From positions 1-64,000 of the forward strand of contig NW_026865001.1 in assembly GCF_026571515.1 (NCBI RefSeq): 64,000 nucleotides of DNA, given 5' to 3'. The stretch is from Ruditapes philippinarum (taxonomy: Eukaryota). The notes beneath the pieces were generated by a model. The model was given only the letters and a program-made list of their open reading frames with translations, was not told where the DNA came from and did not search any database. Of this stretch, positions 24,172-37,376 are shown one piece after another (within the stretch, counting starts at the first letter, position 1; each line of letters opens with the position of its first letter). Position numbers and translations under genes: made by a program.

Positions 24172-25158
24172 TAGTTTATTGGCTTGCAGCCACGGCTGCA
24201 AGCCATTTCATCTGGAAAACTTGTTCCGGTAAGGTGGTTTCCTGCTTACATCTGTTGGTGCATGATTGAACGGGAAACCAGCTGCGATCGTGCCAATCGC
24301 AACTTTTCGGCCTTTTCCGTCAGTCTTCGGATTAATGATAATAGCCGATGTAGTTCCGATTGCAATCGTGACAATTCGGGCGATTCCGTCATACTGCGGA
24401 ATAATATTACGGAAATCTAAGCTATTTTAGTTACTTCGGTAATCCCAGTTTGTGTATATAAATAGGATTTCTAATTTTACTTGATTTATCTTGTTCCGTT
24501 TCATTTGTTTTTCAAGACGCAAAAGTTAGTTTCTTTTATAATTGTTTTTTTTGTCTGTATTAGTTTTATACAATAGAGAATGGTGACTGTAGTATTATTC
24601 CGTCTTCAAAGGGTGGTCCTGCTTACCAAATCACGCATGATCGAGTTATATTTAGATCTACTGACCGCAATTCAACTTCTTGGTGAGGTAATCTAAAAAT
24701 AGCCCATGCATATCATTAGCCTTGCCATGTGCTGATCTATGTATCATAGTTGATAAATGCTTATTAATTGGTACCACGTAACGAAGTATTTTAGTGCATC
24801 TACTTGTCTAAAAAGCAAAGGAATGATTTCGCTGCGAAAAAGGGGAAATGAGATGTGCACACTTGTTTTCCTTCAGTATCACGTTAATATTTTTACGATT
24901 GATCATTTTCTTTATTAGTTTTATACAATAGAGAATAGATCTAAATCGTTTTGACAAAAAAATATTCGGTTTTCCAAAAAAAAAAAAAAAAAAAAAAAAC
25001 AAAAAAAACAACTAAATAAACCCTTTATGATATACAAATACCGTAATTCAAAAAAAAATAATGTGATAATAAATTGACCCCCCCCCCAAAAAAGAACAAT
25101 TTTAAAGGGTTGGGATGAAGGCACAACTGTGCAAGCCTTTCCTTTTAAAAGGAAACTT
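24172..25158 (-). mobile_element. Helentron/HINE-like insertion (~1 kb)
   Basis: Absent at paralog ~12072. Terminal hairpin TGGCTTGCAGCC-AC-GGCTGCAAGCCA with a matching subterminal TGCAAGCC near the other end (~25130); T-rich target; no clear TSD. Confidence 0.65.
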
Positions 25159-25672
25159 TATTTTTATTACTATGTCATACGATTACCCTAATAACGGAAA
25201 TGAGGTGGTGTGTATTAATGTTATCAAGGTCGGAATTGAGATGATTCATACTATTTTATAGCAATGGTAAATGCAGTTATAACAAAAGCTGTCTCGGGGG
25301 ACATCACATTTGAATAGTTTTATACTGGAAAAAATAACAAAAATCAGTTGCATATATATATTCCAAAATGGTAAACTATTGCATCGAATTGCAAGTGAAA
25401 CACATAATATAAAAATCTCCATATTGTATTCTTAAGTCTATACATTCAAGAAAATGAAATACTAGTAATAAAAGAGCAAAATACCGTTATAAAATTCATT
25501 TTACATCTAGATCTATCATGTTAAAAATAGTAACCACAGTGTTCATTTGGCAATTTGGTTTTTATAAATCCTTATACTATTAACTTTATGTAAAAGGCAG
25601 CGAAGAAGCTTGATTTCTTAAGACTCCAACTGCAGTGATACTTCCTCAGCATACGCATGTACACTCCTTTTT

Positions 25673-26428
25673 TTACACTTTGACTGTAATATTAGATAGA
25701 CAACCGCCATCTACAACATGCATCTGACCTGTGACCATAGTTGAATGTTCACTAAGGAGGTATAAAATCGGGCCAACAATTTCTTCTACTGTCGGAATTC
25801 TTCCCATCGGCGACCTTGATGAAAAGGTTTCCACTGAACATCTTCCTTTTTCGATAAGGCTCTGTACCAATGGCGTGTTGACAAGACCGGGATCCACTGA
25901 ATTTACTCGTATTTTGTGAGGCCCTAGCTCCAGTGCGAACTGTTTTGTTACCATATCCATACCAGCTTTTGAAACAGCATATGGAAGACACATTGGGAAA
26001 GCAGCCATGCCAGAAATGCTTGAACAATTTACGATCGATCCTTTCACACCAGCTTCAATCATTTTCTTAGCAACAACCTGCGAGCAATTTATTGCACTCA
26101 GAAGATTGTTGTCCAGTAAATGGTTTATGTATTCTTTAGGGCAATTAACAGCAGCGTAGTCATGACCTGCTATACCAGCAATATTTGCAAGCCCGTCCAA
26201 AACTTCCAGCTGTTCTAGTTTTTCTCTCGTACCCTCCCAGTCACTCAGGTCAGCAACAATCTGTATAATATCAGGACATTCTTCCACTAGACTATCCAAT
26301 GTAGATTTAGTCCTACTAAGAGCATACACTTTGCAGCCAGCCTTTTTTAATGCGATAGCAACTCCACGTCCTATCCCTTTTCCTGCTCCGGTAACCAGTA
26401 CTTTCTTTCCTTTAAAATCGAACGGCAT
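25673..26428 (-). CDS. SDR2: DCXR-like SDR, 251 aa (start at MPFDF)
   Basis: Intact ORF with the same motifs; NNAG changed to NIAG and VNPG to VDPG. Start assigned by alignment with the paralogs. Confidence 0.92.
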   Translation of the reverse strand: MPFDFKGKKVLVTGAGKGIGRGVAIALKKAGCKVYALSRTKSTLDSLVEECPDIIQIVADLSDWEGTREKLEQLEVLDGLANIAGIAGHDYAAVNCPKEYINHLLDNNLLSAINCSQVVAKKMIEAGVKGSIVNCSSISGMAAFPMCLPYAVSKAGMDMVTKQFALELGPHKIRVNSVDPGLVNTPLVQSLIEKGRCSVETFSSRSPMGRIPTVEEIVGPILYLLSEHSTMVTGQMHVVDGGCLSNITVKV

Positions 26429-27033
26429 ATTTGATTCTCTCTCTCTCTGTTTCTCTTTCTGTTTACGAATGAAAAAGACGCCGTTATATATGTGCAACAA
26501 AATCACCATATAATGTGACTGTGCATGCAGTCTAACCATTATCTTTTCAAATGCAGATGTCAAAATAACTAAATAACTAGGTCAGACATCGACTGTATCA
26601 TTTGTTCTGTTCATACTACATGTATATTTGAGGATGATAATTTATTGATTAGTTTGATTATAATTCATTGGCACTGTCAACGTCATATTGCAACTTACTT
26701 TAAGGTTTTCTCGTACCTCTCCTTTGATTATTTTAAGCAAGAATGGAAATTTGAGAAGAACAACCAACGTTCCGTTGGCTATCTAAATATCTACATCACA
26801 TCAAAGCGTGTTTAGCAATTTCGTATCAAAGTATGTCGTTTCAATTATCTTATTGTCTATTCGGAAAAAAATTGTCACAAGGAATGCCCATGAATAGTGT
26901 ACATAAGCAGAAAAAATTTTCTAATCAAAGTAATATGCTGCAATGTTAACCTGGATTGTTTAACATCTAGAAATTAGTTCGTACATACGCCATTATCTCT
27001 TAAGAAAATACTGTTTTCGCTGCGACTATATAA

Positions 27034-28540
27034 GGGGGCAGGGGACCTAAAAACGAACTGTTTTGTATTTCAGTGTGGCCAGAAACACAAATCCAAATAT
27101 TTCAAAATCTGTTTCACAGGCAGATAACCAGTTGCACAGCATTATTCAATGATATATGACATACATTGAAGAAAATAATAGTTTGCATGCATTGCCCCTT
27201 AAAGAAATGACTGACAGCAATTTATATTTACCCCCACCCACAGGGAAATCTGTCATTATTTTATTAAATCTATATATATAATGTTATATTATATATATAG
27301 TGGGAAAGGAAAAAAAATATGACAGAATCCCCTGTGCCCCGGCCCTGCCAAAATCACACCTAAATATACCAATATGGGCAATCTTCATGAAGGTGCAGCA
27401 TACTCCAGAATCCGCCCGATTCCTTTAGAAATATCACTAACACGCAGTGCAAGCTATGACATTTTCAAAAATGACCAATAAAGTGTCTGTCATACGTTTA
27501 GATTTTTGCACAAAATTTATCCGAAATTTCTTACTTGTTTGGCGCTAACTGTCAAAGCTTGATTTTTAACCTTTTCACCTCCATTCGTTCGGAGAGTCAC
27601 AAATACATACAAAGCTACCAAAATGCTTAGTTTCGGGTAAAAACCCCAAAATACTGCTCATTTCCTACACACAAACAAGAAAGAATAACAATGACAGAGA
27701 AATATCAGTAGGTTCCAGTACCTTCAAAACTTCATGTCTGAGTTAATATGAAAAAGGCAAAGCCTCAAAGCGAGCTCGATTTTCGTTTACCGTAAAATAG
27801 TTTAAAATAATCATTCATTTTTATTTTACATTTTCCGTTTTTAAAATTGTCATTCGGTATTTTATACACTGCTTCCGTTTATTCTGGTTCCTCCTTTCTA
27901 TTATGGTTCCTTTAAAAGTGCGCAGGACACCAGTGTTCGCTTCCGTTTTCAATCAGAGTACATCGGCTTTTATCCTTAACTTGTAATTCGAAAAGTTGCG
28001 ATGTGTTCAATTCGGCATTCGGACGAAAGTTTTCAAAACCATCACTTAGCAGGTACTCGCGTTACCGTAAAGCTCGCTTTGCGAGCAGGCCCTTCGGGCC
28101 AGCTCGTCGAGCTCGCTAATATGAAAAAGGCAAAGCCGCCTCAAAGCGAGCTCGATTTTCTTATACCGTAAAATAGTTTAAAATAATCATTCATTTTTAT
28201 TTTACATTTTCCGTTTTAAAATTGTCATTCGGTATTTTATACACTGCTTTCGTTTATTCTGGTCCCCCTTTCTATTATGGTTCCCATATAAGTGTGCAGG
28301 ACACCAGTCTACCCTTCCGTTTTCAATCAGAGTACATCGGCTTTTATCGTTATCTTGTAATTCGAAAAGTTGCGATGTGTCCAGTTCGGTACTTCGGACG
28401 AAAGTTCTCAAAACCATCACCTAGCAGGTACTCGCGTTACCGTAAAGCTCGCTTTGCGAGCAGGCCCTTCGGGCCAGCTTGTCGAGCTCGCTATTAAAAA
28501 ATTTGACCGGGGCCATAATTCGAATATGTCCCCTGCCCCC
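27034..28540. mobile_element. PIF/Harbinger-like non-autonomous element, TAA TSD
   Basis: TAA|GGGGGCAGGGGAC...GTCCCCTGCCCCC|TAA; empty site GCGACTATATAAAGAC in paralogs (~19600, ~34795). Confidence 0.88.
27744..28491 (+). repeat. Head-to-tail dimer of a ~373-bp unit (Helentron/HINE-like)
   Basis: Units start TAATATGAAAAAGGCAAAG at 27744 and 28117. Each has subterminal inverted GCGAGCTCGA / TCGAGCTCGC and a GGCCCTTCGGGCC hairpin. Confidence 0.85.
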
Positions 28541-30984
28541 TAAAGACTTGGTTTTAATGAAGGATCGATCTTTATAGCTGAAATTTTCTTCTTGTTTTTT
28601 AACTACTTCTGGACCGGATAACATGTAAAACATGCTCGATTTCGAAACTTTAACTTCACTACAGTATTGGCGATCGATGTGTACGACGGTCACAGGGGCT
28701 TAAGCTGTAACCAGTAATACTGCCACCTTGGCATGAAGTTTTAGTTTTGGACATTAAGAAAGACATATTATTTAGGCAATGGGTAGTTTGAAAGATGCCG
28801 TAGACAGTTGGCAGTTGGTACTAGGCAGTACGCGATAAGTATGGTGCTGTCGTATATGGAATTCCGTACATATCAGTTTCAATATGTACTTTGGCTAAAT
28901 GGTTTTATATTTTTCTGTTCCTTCGGGATCATGGATGCCAGCACTATTGTGTTAAGAATTGAGTACCGATCAGCCGGTGCTAGGGGGCGTGAGGGATGTT
29001 GCACGTATTCCTTATCCCTTATGTACAGACTCACTCAAACCGAGTCTGCACTTGTCTTGTAATTTTGTTGTGATTGATGTTTCCGAGGGATCACTTTGTT
29101 TACAGATTTTTTTTTACTTTCACTTGCCTTTAGATATAGTTTGTTATTACCCTTCAATAGCCCGTAACCTCTCGAGTCTTTATGGCACCCAATACAGTTC
29201 GAAAAAAAACCCTAAAGAATGCACACATAAATATTATACGTAAAAAGAATAACATTTTCCGAAGCAATGTAATAGCTCCTTTGCTGCCATTTTAAGCTGG
29301 ATATTTCACCATCAAGCAATTATTTCGTGCATACGCCATTAGCTTTAAAAATATACAAACGTGTCTTTACAAAAAAAAAATTTACAGATAGTTTCGATTT
29401 TGTTTTAATCAAACAATAATTTAGTAAACTACAGACAGGAGATTTACAGCTTTTAAAACATGTCTTATGATTCAGATATCGATATATCACAATCACTATG
29501 CCACAATCATAGGTGAAGTGTTTTGTTAAGTGTATGCATAATGTATGCACATGTCCATGTCTCTAACCTATGAAAGTTTAACATTGAAACTCAAATGTGA
29601 CGATTTTACCAGTTATCCAGAATTAGAAAAAATACTCATAAGTTTATAACACATGATACTTCTTACTGTTTTAAAAGGGATCAGTGAATCACATTCTACG
29701 AAGGTTCTTATATCCTACACAACAGTAATTAGACATTCCACTTTATTCAAAGGAAACTCGTATGTTTAAGAGGAGTAGTAATGACCTAAAATATTGATTA
29801 ACGAACAGAAATGATAGTATAACATCGCAACTGAGAGATAATCAGTAGATTTCCGTGTACAATGAACATTTTAATAAAAATTATTACGTTGTCTATATAA
29901 AAGAGAATTTTTCAAACTTGTTATATCACATGGTGGTGAGTATTTTGAAGGATTGAGAAAGTTATTTTGATCCAGTTGCATTCATATCTGAACACCCTTC
30001 GTACGCACTTAAACATAAGCCTACAGTAAATGATTAAACAATTCATGCAACATATAATTTATACCACGATACCTTGTCAGGAGCTCTTTTCCTCGACACT
30101 TTATATGTATTAGATATATTATCATCATATTTGCAGAAAAAGTTTCAGTACATGTATATAGCCAAATATATGAATAAAATAAGACAAAATTTAAAAACAC
30201 TTTTTTCAAACATTATACAACAGATTTCTTTCATGTACTTCACAGTCATGTATTATACTACACATAAATTACTATACTTCTTAACGCACCGAGATACTTG
30301 ATATACTGTCGCTAAGAAGGTGCCCGTTTGACATAGTTAACGTACACAATCCATTTGTAAAAAAAGATAGTGAATATTAAAACAGATTATTCATATAAAA
30401 CATGTAAATTGTACATTGATCGGCGGAAACTTATCTTGCATATTGAAAAAGGTAGTAACGAAATTGAAAAAAAAAAACGATTGAATTTAGAAGAAGAAAA
30501 AAATTCTAGATAAGACAATGTCGTAGATATACAATTATACATGTATTAAATCAGACTGGATACAAAAATGACGCCTTCAGTTCGATTAGATTTACGCTGC
30601 AAACGTTTGTTTGTTGGTTTGTTACGACACACTAACACAATATCTAAGTCATATGGCGCCAAAACAGAAAAGATAATTTTGGCTTACCTCTGTTGTTACA
30701 AATGTCAAAGCAACATCAGGGGTTAAAACACCTCACCTGCTGGAGCGGAGAGATGCATAGACACCAGTTATTTAACCGATTAAGTTGCCTCTAAGGATCA
30801 CGCAGGGATAAAACGGTGGCTTCAATATTTATGGCTCCACTAAGGCACCCAATCAACCCCAAGGGTGTGGTTGGTTCCAATGTACACGTATCTTATTTTG
30901 TGGATATATTTGTAAATTTTGTTTCTGTAATTATTATCATAACTTAGCTTGCCTGGGCACAAAGTGCTGATTGTTATTATGCTG

Positions 30985-33416
30985 GTTCAATATGTAATGC
31001 AATACAATACGGTCAATAAATTAAACAAAAGAGCAAATTTTTTACAATTTTTTATTTCAATAAAGAAAAACGGAATCCTTAAAGGACGCCATAAACGAAA
31101 CTATTGGAAATGTTGCATGCTCGGGTTGATTAAGACTGTTCATGTACTATAGTACTGTAAGGAAAGTGAAAGTTACCACCACATCCCTACCACAGGGTTC
31201 GAAATTATTACTTCCTAAAAAGTTTGAGACGTTGAATCCAATCTCTAAATGTTTTACTGTAGTCCTTTCTTTACGCCCGAAAACATTCGACATATAAAAT
31301 TATGCACCTGGTCGTGGTCGTCTATCCGGCGTCTGTTAGCAGTTTTAGTGTCCGATCGGTATCTTTTGAACCGGTGAAAGATATTGAAACTACTTGGCAG
31401 TAGTTAGCTATTATGAAAACATGTTTGACCTTTCGCAGGTCAAGGTCACAGTCAGGGGTAACTTGATGTATATAGACTTATATAGGGAAAGCTCATCTGA
31501 GACTGATTGCGTGAACTTACAGAGCTTAGATATTAGGTATGTAACATCAATTTTTCGACCACAAAATAACTCGTATATTAATCATGCCCCTTGGAATAAC
31601 AATCTATGAAAACCGTCAACAAATTTGTATTAAAAGATGTTAAAAAATGTAAAAATCGTGTCACCTGTCTGCATTTCGATGAACAGCTTGAAATTATATA
31701 GGTGAACAACAGATCTGCAAATCTTACTTATTAAGTTGGTATCAATCTCTGAAAAAATTGCAACTAATGTTTATGAATACCTCACGGATTTGTTAGACAA
31801 TTCAGGATATTGAAAGATTAAATTGAAAAGCCGTCTTAGTAAGAAAAAATACAAACATAAATACATTCACTAAAATAAAGTCAACACCGTACCTTTATCT
31901 GAATGGGAACACGATACTAAAGCGAATGTGTCAGCTTTTGCAATTGTTTAACTGTTATTGAAATGATCTAAACATATAGCAACTTTATATGCAAGCCCCG
32001 GTTGGTTTTGTACATAATGGACTCAATGTCAAAGTAACTGTTACTAAAAATTGAAAAATGGTTTTCATATAAATACTAGAGTAAGGGATGAGATGTTACA
32101 ATAAAACCGGGTATATTGCAAGCTTATATGAAAACACCGGTTGGTTTTGCATTTGACCCTGGGGTCAAAGTCACTGTCACTTAAAAGAGAAAAAAAATGG
32201 TTTCCATACAATAACTAGAGTTAGAAAGAGGTATTGTAATAATACTTGTTATAAAGCAGGCCTATATGAATACCCCGGTTGGTATTGCATTTGGACACCA
32301 TGGAATAAAAGTCAAGGTCACCGTTTTATTTTTGGACAATTACAAGTTATTATAAGCAAACTTGGTATATTGCAAACTTGTGTGAAAACCCTGGTTAAAA
32401 TTGTTATTGGAACCCCTGGAGTCATTGTCACTGTAACTGAAAATAGAAAAATAATTTCCAGATTCTAATTAGATTTAGATATTGATTGAAATATTATAAT
32501 CAAACTTATTATTTAGCAAGATTGTTTTTGTACTGGAAATAAAAAAGAAAATGGTTTCTAGAAGATAGGCAATCAATAGTAATAATTATTTTCATAGATG
32601 AAACATCATTAAATTAAGGTGAGTCAAATCACTTATTTCACAAAAAGTCAAAGTTGCTGGTGTTGGGGAGGGTATATGAATCACGTTAAGTGATATAGAT
32701 CTAGTTGTTATTTAAGCAGCAGTCTTTATTAGCTTTATTTTAAGATGCAACTGTTCTGAACATATTTGCTCTTTCTAGAGATTTGGACGAGCTATAAACA
32801 TGTCTGTAGTTAGGTAGATGGAGATTAGTAAAACTAAGGTCTGCTCTGGTTTCTTATCGGAACAGGGTGATACAGTAAGAAATTAATAACTTGCATCGAA
32901 TTTTAAAGTGGAGGATATTTTCAGATTTTAATATCAGAGTTTAGAACCCTTTCATATATGATGTTGTTTTCATAATTATTACAAGTTTGAAGTAATTATT
33001 AACAGCAATAGATTAGACATTTTACTCAAAGGTAAATGTCTGAACAATTTTTTTAGTAGGTTTAATATAAGTTTGCCAATATCAGTGTACAAGATATAAC
33101 ATGACAAAGAAAGGTTAATATAACTGATTGAATATTTTCTTTATCGTTATCATTTTAAAAATAACCAGTTTTAATTTCCATAGTTTTATGTCACAATTTA
33201 CGAATATAGACATACGTTCAAGAAAATAATTAATGTGCGAAATACCTTCATTACAATTTCAATTTACATGTTTCATATTAAAAATATTTCCCATATTATT
33301 CATTTGTCATTTTTGTTCATATAAATCATAATACTAGTAATTTTGTGAAAAATGTGGTACAGAGTCTAGATTTCATCATCAGTGTTACTTATTCAGAACA
33401 TGTATAAACCATTTGT
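30985..33416 (+). repeat. Segmental duplication: SDR3 3' flank, paralogous to 37797-40612 (SDR4 3' flank); includes a degenerate HINE-type array
   Basis: Colinear from AATATGTAATGCA..ACAATACGGTCAATAAATTAAAC to the stop codon. Confidence 0.9.
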
Positions 33417-34177
33417 TTACACTTTGACAGTAATATTAGACAGACAACCGCCATCTACAACATGCATCTGACTTGTGACCATAGATGAATGTGAACTGAG
33501 GAGGTATAAAATCGGGACAACAATTTCTTCTACTGTCGAAATTCTTCCAATTGGCGACCTGGATGTAAAGGTATCCACTGTATATTTCCCTTTTTCGATA
33601 AGGCTCTGTACTAATGGCGTGTTGACAAGACCGAGATTCACTGAGTTCACTCTGATTTCATGAGGTCCTAGTTCCAGTGCGAACTGTTTTGTAACCATAT
33701 CCATACCAGCTTTTGAAACAGCATATGGAAGACACATTGGGAAACCAGACATGCCAGAAATGCTTGAACTATTTACGATCGATCCTTTCACACCAGCTTC
33801 AATCATTTTCTTAGCAACAACCTGCGAGCAATTTATTGCACTCAGAAGATTGTTGTCCAGTAAATGGTTTATGTATTCTTTAGGGCAATTTACAGCAGCG
33901 TAGTCATGACCATGACCTGCTATACCAGCAATATTTGCCAGCTTATACAAAACTTCAAGCTGTTCTAGTTTTTCTCTCGTCCCGTCCCAGTCACAAAGGT
34001 CAGCAACAATAGGTATAATGTCCAGACATTCTTCCACTAAACTATCCAATGTGGATTTAGTCCTACTAAGAGCATACACTTTGCAGCCAGCCTTTTTTAT
34101 GCAATAGCAACTCCACGTCCTATCCCTTTTCCTGCTCCGGTAACCAGTACTTTTTTTCCTTTAAAATCGAACGGCAT
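33417..34177 (-). pseudogene. SDR3: frameshifted DCXR-like SDR
   Basis: ATG at 34177. A 1-bp deletion at ~34099 gives GCA TAA early. Also a 6-bp duplication (GHGH) and DGL>YKL, NPG>NLG, TGQ>TSQ. Confidence 0.8.
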
Positions 34178-36157
34178 ATTTGATTCTCTCCCTCTCTTTC
34201 TTTTTGTTTACGAATGAAAAATAGGCCGTTATAGATGTGCAACAAAATCACCATATGATGTGACTGTGCATGCAGTCTAACCTTTATCTTTTCAAATGCA
34301 GATGTCAAAATAACTAAATAACTAGGTCAGACATCGACTGTATCATTTGTTCTGTTCATACTACATGTATATTTGAGGATGATAATTTATTGATTGGTTT
34401 GATTATAATTCATTTAATTCATTGGCACTGTCAACGTCATATTGAACTTACTTTAAGCTTTTCTGGTACCTCTCCTTTGATTATTTTATGTAAGAATGGA
34501 AATTTGAGAAGAAGAACAATGAACGTTCCTTTGGCTATCTAAATATCTACATCACATCAAAGCGTGTATAGCAATCTCATATGTCATATTTCGTATTAAA
34601 TTATGTCGTTTTAATTATGTTATTGTCAATTCGAAAAAAAAAGTTGTAACAAGAATGCCTCACATGTATATTGTAAATAAGCAGAATGAAATCTAATCAA
34701 AGTAATATGCTTCAATGTTAACCTGGATTGTTTAACATCTAGCAATTAGTTTGTACATACGCCATTATCTCTTAAGAAAATACTGTTTACGCTGCGACTA
34801 TATAAAGACCTTGTTTTAATGAAGGATCGATCTTTATAGCTGGCCTTTTCTTCTTTTTTAACTACTTCTGGACCGAATAACATGTAAAACATGCTCGATT
34901 TCGAAACTTTAACTTCACTACAGCATTGGCGATCGATGTGTACGGCGGCCACAGGGCATTAAGCGGTAACCAGTTATACTGCCACCTGGGCATGGACTTT
35001 TAGTTTTGGACATTAAGCAAGACACATAGGCAATGGGTAGTTTGAAAGATGCCGTAGGCAGTTGGTAGTTGGTACTAGGTAGTATGCGGTAAGAATGGCA
35101 CTGTCGTATATGGAATACCGTACATAACAGTTTCAATATGTCCGGCTAAATGGTTTTACTTTCACTTTCCTTTAGATATAGTTTGTTATTACTCTTAATA
35201 TCCCGTAACCTTTCGAGTCTTTATGGCACCCAATACAGTTCGAAAAAAAAAACAACAAAAGAATGCCTCACATAGATATTGTACGTAAATAGAATAACAT
35301 GTTCCTTAATAATTTAATAGTTTCTTGCTACCATTTTGAGCTGAACATTTCACCATCAAGCAATTATTTCGTGCATACGCCATTAGCTTTCAAGATATAT
35401 AAACGTGTCTTTACAAACATTGTTTACAGATAGTTTCGATTTTGTTTTATTCAAACAATAATTTAGTAAACTACAGACCGGAGATTTACAGCTTTAAACA
35501 CTAGTCCCTTGTAATTAAGATTCGAATCCACAATGTTGAAAATGTAAAATGACCATAAAAGCCGCAAACGAATGGAGATACCTAAAACAAACCTGCCTCA
35601 TAATTCAGATAGTGATATATCACAATCACTATGCCACAATCAAAGGTGAAGTGTTTTGTTAATTGTATGCATTATGTATGCATATGTCCATGCCTCAAAC
35701 CTATAAAAGTTTAACATTGAAACTCAATGTGACGATTTTACCAGTTATCTGAAAGAAGACAAAATACTCACAAGTTATAAGTTTTTAACACATGATAATA
35801 CTTACTGTTTTAAAAGGGATCAGTGAAGCACATTCTACGAAGGTTCTTATATCTATCATGTTCTTGATACGGCCAGTTTCTACACAACAGTAATTAGACA
35901 TTCCTCGTTATACAAAGGAAACTCGTGTGTTTTGGAGGTGTAGCAATGTCTTAAAATATTGATTAACGAACTTACAGAAATGATATTACAACATCGCAAC
36001 TGAGAGTTAATCAGTAGATTTCCGTGTACAACGAACATTTTAATAAAAATTATGACGTTGTCTATATAAAACAGAATTTTTCAAACTTGTTATATTACAT
36101 GGTTTTGAGTATTTTGAAGGATAGAGATAATTATTTTGACCCAGTTGCATTCATATC

Positions 36158-37376
36158 TAAGGTGTTCCGTTTGGACAGTCGTGAATTTTAATTGAGTCTG
36201 TTACAGCGATGCACGATGGTACGATGGTAAAAACGCGATGGCAAGATGGTACGATGGTGAAAACACAATGGTACGATGATGATAACGCGATGGTACGATG
36301 GTGAAATCGCGATGGCGCGATAGAACGATGGTGAAAGCGCGATGTTACATCGCGTTTTCACCATCGAACCATCGTGATTTCACCATCGTACCATCGCGTT
36401 TTCACCACCGTACCATCGCACTATCGCACCATCGTGTTTTTACCATCGTACCATCAGGTTTTCACCATCGTGCAATCGCGTTTTCAGCAACGTACTATCG
36501 CGCTTTCACCATCGTACCATCGCGTTTTCACCATCGAACCATCGTGCTTTCACCATCGTACCATCACGTTTTCACCATCGTGCCATCGCGCTTTTACCAT
36601 CGTGCCATCGCGTTTTCATCATCATGCCAGCGCGTTTTCACTATCGTGCAATCTCGTTTTCACCATCGTACCATCGCGTTTTCACCATCGTGCCATCGTA
36701 CCATTGCCTTTCGGTCAGTATTATTAGTACACAAACAGAAAGATGTCAGATTCTGTTAAGGTAGATAATAAAAACATGTTTAGAATACTTAATATTTAAT
36801 TTGAGTTATAAATAATAAAACCTGTTATCTTTACATTAAATTTTCCATTTATGTCGTGATACTGTATATGGATCAACGACTATTTAATATATGGTTATAT
36901 ATGATCTATAGATGTTTACATTTTTCTCTTGCTTTATTTAATATATCAACTTGAAACTTTATATGTACAGTGCACTAGGATGAAAACTTTTTTTTTTAAT
37001 TTTTGAGTGATTGCCTTTTGTTAATTTCATGTTCCAAATACTAAGATCTAAAAGAAACACAAATAGAAAGGGTGCGGGGTTCAATAATGAGAGACATTGT
37101 TGATAAAAATATAACATTGCGCATGACCACCGGAAGACGATGGCACGATGGTGAAAATGCGATAGTACGATGGTGCGATGGTGAAAATGCGATGGTACGA
37201 TGGTGAAAACGCGATGTAACATCGCGTTTTCACCTTCGTACTATCGCGCCATCGCGATTTCACCATCGTACCATCGCGTTTTCATCATCGTACCATCGCG
37301 TTTTCACCATCGTACCATCGTGCATCGCAGGTACAGACTAAATAAAAAGTCACGATTGTCCTAACGGAACACCGTA
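36158..37376. mobile_element. IS3EU-like non-autonomous element with long minisatellite-filled TIRs
   Basis: CATATC|TAAGGTGTTCCGTT...AACGGAACACCGTA|CATATC (6-bp TSD; empty site TTCATATCTGAACACC at ~29981). TIRs exceed 200 bp and are built of CACCATCGTACCATCGCGTTTT units. Confidence 0.85.

Noticed and set aside
26429-26563. 45-aa N-terminal extension of SDR2 in the ORF track
   Set aside because: Starts at TTG, runs through a GA-rich tract whose length differs among paralogs, and is out of frame in SDR3; all copies align from MPFDF.
28975-28992. CTCF-like motif GTGCTAGGGGGCGTG
   Set aside because: Several mismatches at the 5' core, and it lies in a copy-specific insert.
36298-37266. His/Arg-rich repetitive ORFs, or a CRISPR-like array
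   Set aside because: They translate a minisatellite within transposon TIRs; there are no unique spacers, no cas genes, and the context is eukaryotic.
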